Shown one piece after another: positions 61,400 through 64,000 of a DNA stretch of 64,000 nucleotides. This DNA is from Lophium mytilinum. Its lineage: Eukaryota. Both the position numbers and the translations under genes were made by a program. The stretch lies in contig MU004190.1 of the NCBI GenBank assembly GCA_010093605.1, positions 1,881,599 through 1,945,598 of the forward strand. Reading direction: 5' to 3'. The notes beneath the pieces are model-generated. The model ran no database searches and was not told the DNA's origin. It was given only the letters and a program-made list of their open reading frames with translations. Numbering within the stretch: position 1 is the first letter of the stretch; every line of letters begins with the position of its first letter.

Positions 61400-61990
61400 T
61401 CTATTATTATAAGCTAGACTTTTTCTTACTTTACTAATATCTCTATTATCTTTAAACTCTTTCCTATCTTACTAATATCTCTATTATCTTTAGACTCTCT
61501 CTTACCTCTTTAGCTTCTCTTCTACCTTGCTAATATCTCTATTATCTTTAGACTCTCTCTTACCTTATTAGCCTCTTCTCTACCTTACTAATATTTTTAT
61601 TATCTTTAGACTCTTTTTTACCTTATTAGCCTCTCCTCTACCTTACTAATATCTTTATTATCTTTAGACTCTCTCTTACCTCTTTAGTCTCTTCTCTATC
61701 TTATTAATATCTCTATTATCTTTAGACTCTATTTAAGATATATTATAAAGAGAATAGAGAGTAAGGTAATATTAGAAAGATAAAAGAGAGTATAAAGATA
61801 ATAGAAATATTAGTAAGGTAAGAGAGAGTCTAAAGATAATAGAAATATTAGTAAGGTAGAGAAGAGGCTAATAAGGTAAGAGAGAGTCTAAAGATAATAA
61901 AGATATTAGTAAGGTAGAAAAGGCTATAGATAAGGTAAGAGAGAGTCTAAAGATAATAGAGATATTAATAAGGTAAGAGAGAGTCTAGCT
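61400..61990. repeat. ~60-bp tandem units arranged as two inverted arrays (foldback)
   Basis: CTTACTAATATCTCTATTATCTTTAGACTCTCTCTTACC units at 61430-61730 and reverse-complement units GGTAAGAGAGAGTCTAAAGATAATAG at ~61790-61990. Confidence 0.8.
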
Positions 61991-64000
61991 AAGCTACTTA
62001 GTATATCTCTCTTCTTTTTTCTTAATATATTATAAAGTTTAATTATAAAAATATCTTCTTTAGATACTCTCTTATCTCTAGAAGTTTTATTATATATCTT
62101 TTTTTTCTTTCTCTATAATTTTATTTTCTTAATTTAATAAATTCTTTCTATTTTCTACTACTATTAACCTAGAGTATTATACTCTATCTTATCTATATAA
62201 AATCTCTCTTATATTTAATTATTTTCTTTAATCTATCTTACTATTTCTATAATTAGCGCTAATAAGCTATCTTTAATAACCTTTAAAAGTACTATAGCCC
62301 TAGCTAGATTATTATAGTTTTCTTTTACTAATAATATTTATTTATACTCTATCTTATAATTCTTTAGAGCCGCCTTATTAGTATTTATCTATATAATCTT
62401 ATAATCTACTTATTTATATACTACGCCTGCTAAGTTGTATATAAGTAGTTTTAATGCAGTAATCTTAAAAGTAGTACTAATAATAAGAAGAGCGTCTAGG
62501 GCAGCTAATAGATTAGCTTTAGTAACTAATCTAATAGCTTCTTTATTATAATTTAGCCTATTATAGAAAGATACTTACGGCCTTAGCTATTTAATTATAT
62601 ATAGGTGTTTTTCTTAAGAGACTCTAGCTAGTTTAATCTTTTAATATTTTCTATATAATAGGCTTATAGGTCTCTTAAATAGATCTACCTCTAGATAGAA
62701 AATATTACTATAGTTTCTATATACTATATAATCTAAGAAACTATAAAGCTAAATAGTAATTAGCTAAGAACTATCTTATAGTAATAGTGTAGCGAAGGAA
62801 AGAAAAGAAAGCTAGACCTTAAGGCTGTTAATATTCTAGGTATAGAGTTAGAGCAGCCTACTATAAGAAGCTAAAGACGCAAGTATATAATAAAAAGAAG
62901 TAGGTTAAGCTACCTTAAATAGAAGGTATAGTAACTAAATTATATTATAAAAAGCCTTAGTATAAGCTAGAATATTATAGATAGTCTTATAAAAGAGTGC
63001 CTTACCTAAAATAAAAGAGGTTAAGCTATACTAGAAAAGACCTAATAATAACTAGAAATCTAGAACTAAGTAGAATTAGTAGATATTTAATTATCTCTTA
63101 TTTTAAGAGCTTTCTTACTACCTATAGATATAGATATACCTGCACTAACTATAATAAGAATATATTATTTTATGCGTAGTACTATATAAATGCAATTAAG
63201 TAACTTAGTCTAAAAAGAATCTACTCTATCTTTATTAAAGATATAAAGCTATAGTAGTAGATCTATTAGACTTCTATATTTAGTATTAGTAAATAGATAA
63301 AGTAAGGCTCTACTAGTCTACTAGGCGCTACTATAGAGATATTAAGGTAAGATATATATTAGGTTTAAATACTAAAGTACTAACTAGTAAACTAGTAAAA
63401 TAAAGTTTTATTATTTCTAGTATATATATATACTCTAATTAGTTATTTATCTAGTAACTTACTAAAAAATAAAATACTATCTAATATATTTATACTAGCC
63501 TTTATACCTAATATATTTATATCTATTTCTCCCTAAAATAATTATAGGTAATAAGACTTAAGATAAAGAGCGCTACTACTAGCAGCTCTAGCTAGCTATA
63601 AGTATAGTTACGTTCTTTATTATTACTAATTATACTAAAGAGAATATATAGTTTTATAAGGTAGCTATAAATATAGTTCTAGACTTTAAAAAGCTTATAT
63701 TTTCTATAGTACTAGACTATAAGTTAACTATATATATATTTCTTATAAATAATACTAATTAATATTAGGTTTCTCTAAATACTCTTATTCTAATTAAAGT
63801 AAATTTAATTAGGTCTATTTATATATAACGCTAAGAGTATAATTATAGGTAATAATACTATAATATTAGATAAAGGTAAAAAGTCTCTAGTTAGGGCTAC
63901 TAAATAGAATACTATTACTACTATTAATAATGCTAATAAGTCTAATACTAAAAAGAAGACTAAGGAAGTTAAGGAGGAAAAGGTAGAAAAGCTAAAAAGT

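Larger units (their letters stand above)
54330..64000. other. AT-rich, RIP-degraded transposon block
   Basis: Abrupt GC drop, near absence of CpA/TpG, strong TpA excess, no ORFs of 60 aa or more in the track. Confidence 0.95.

Noticed and set aside
1..64000. Starship element, NRPS/PKS core gene, LEU2 paralogue, tRNA or rRNA genes
   Set aside because: No tyrosine-recombinase captain, synthase domains, isopropylmalate dehydrogenase motifs or RNA-gene signatures were recognised; they may lie outside the window.

Overview
Filamentous ascomycete DNA (short GT-AG introns with CTRAC branch sites, Zn2Cys6 factors, a RIP-type AT-rich block; probably a Dothideomycete, which is inference). Layout: (1) 1-6 kb: hypothetical and F-box-like genes. 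(2) 6.6-22.9 kb: a candidate co-regulated cluster of divergent leucine-pathway paralogues (isopropylmalate synthase-like, isopropylmalate isomerase-like, branched-chain aminotransferase) plus a 2OG-Fe(II) dioxygenase, a Zn2Cys6 TF and an MFS transporter, with no NRPS/PKS in the window. Pocket and regulatory substitutions suggest a chain-elongation pathway for a non-proteinogenic amino acid. The cluster is interrupted by an F-box gene and by arrays of a ~151-bp repeat whose phasing suggests an inversion. (3) 23-30 kb: WD40 gene, DUF3632-like gene, small secreted Cys-rich gene. (4) 30.5-53.9 kb: an oxidative, probably catabolic cluster (ChnD-like ADH, ALDH, epoxide hydrolase, FAD epoxidase fused to a CtvD-like membrane domain, sugar-porter MFS, two Baeyer-Villiger monooxygenases, SDR, Zn2Cys6 TF). 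A full-length Mutator-like element and a related non-autonomous element sit in the ADH/ALDH promoter. (5) 54.3-64 kb: RIP-degraded transposon block. All calls come from reading motifs by eye; no database searches were run and exon boundaries are manual predictions.
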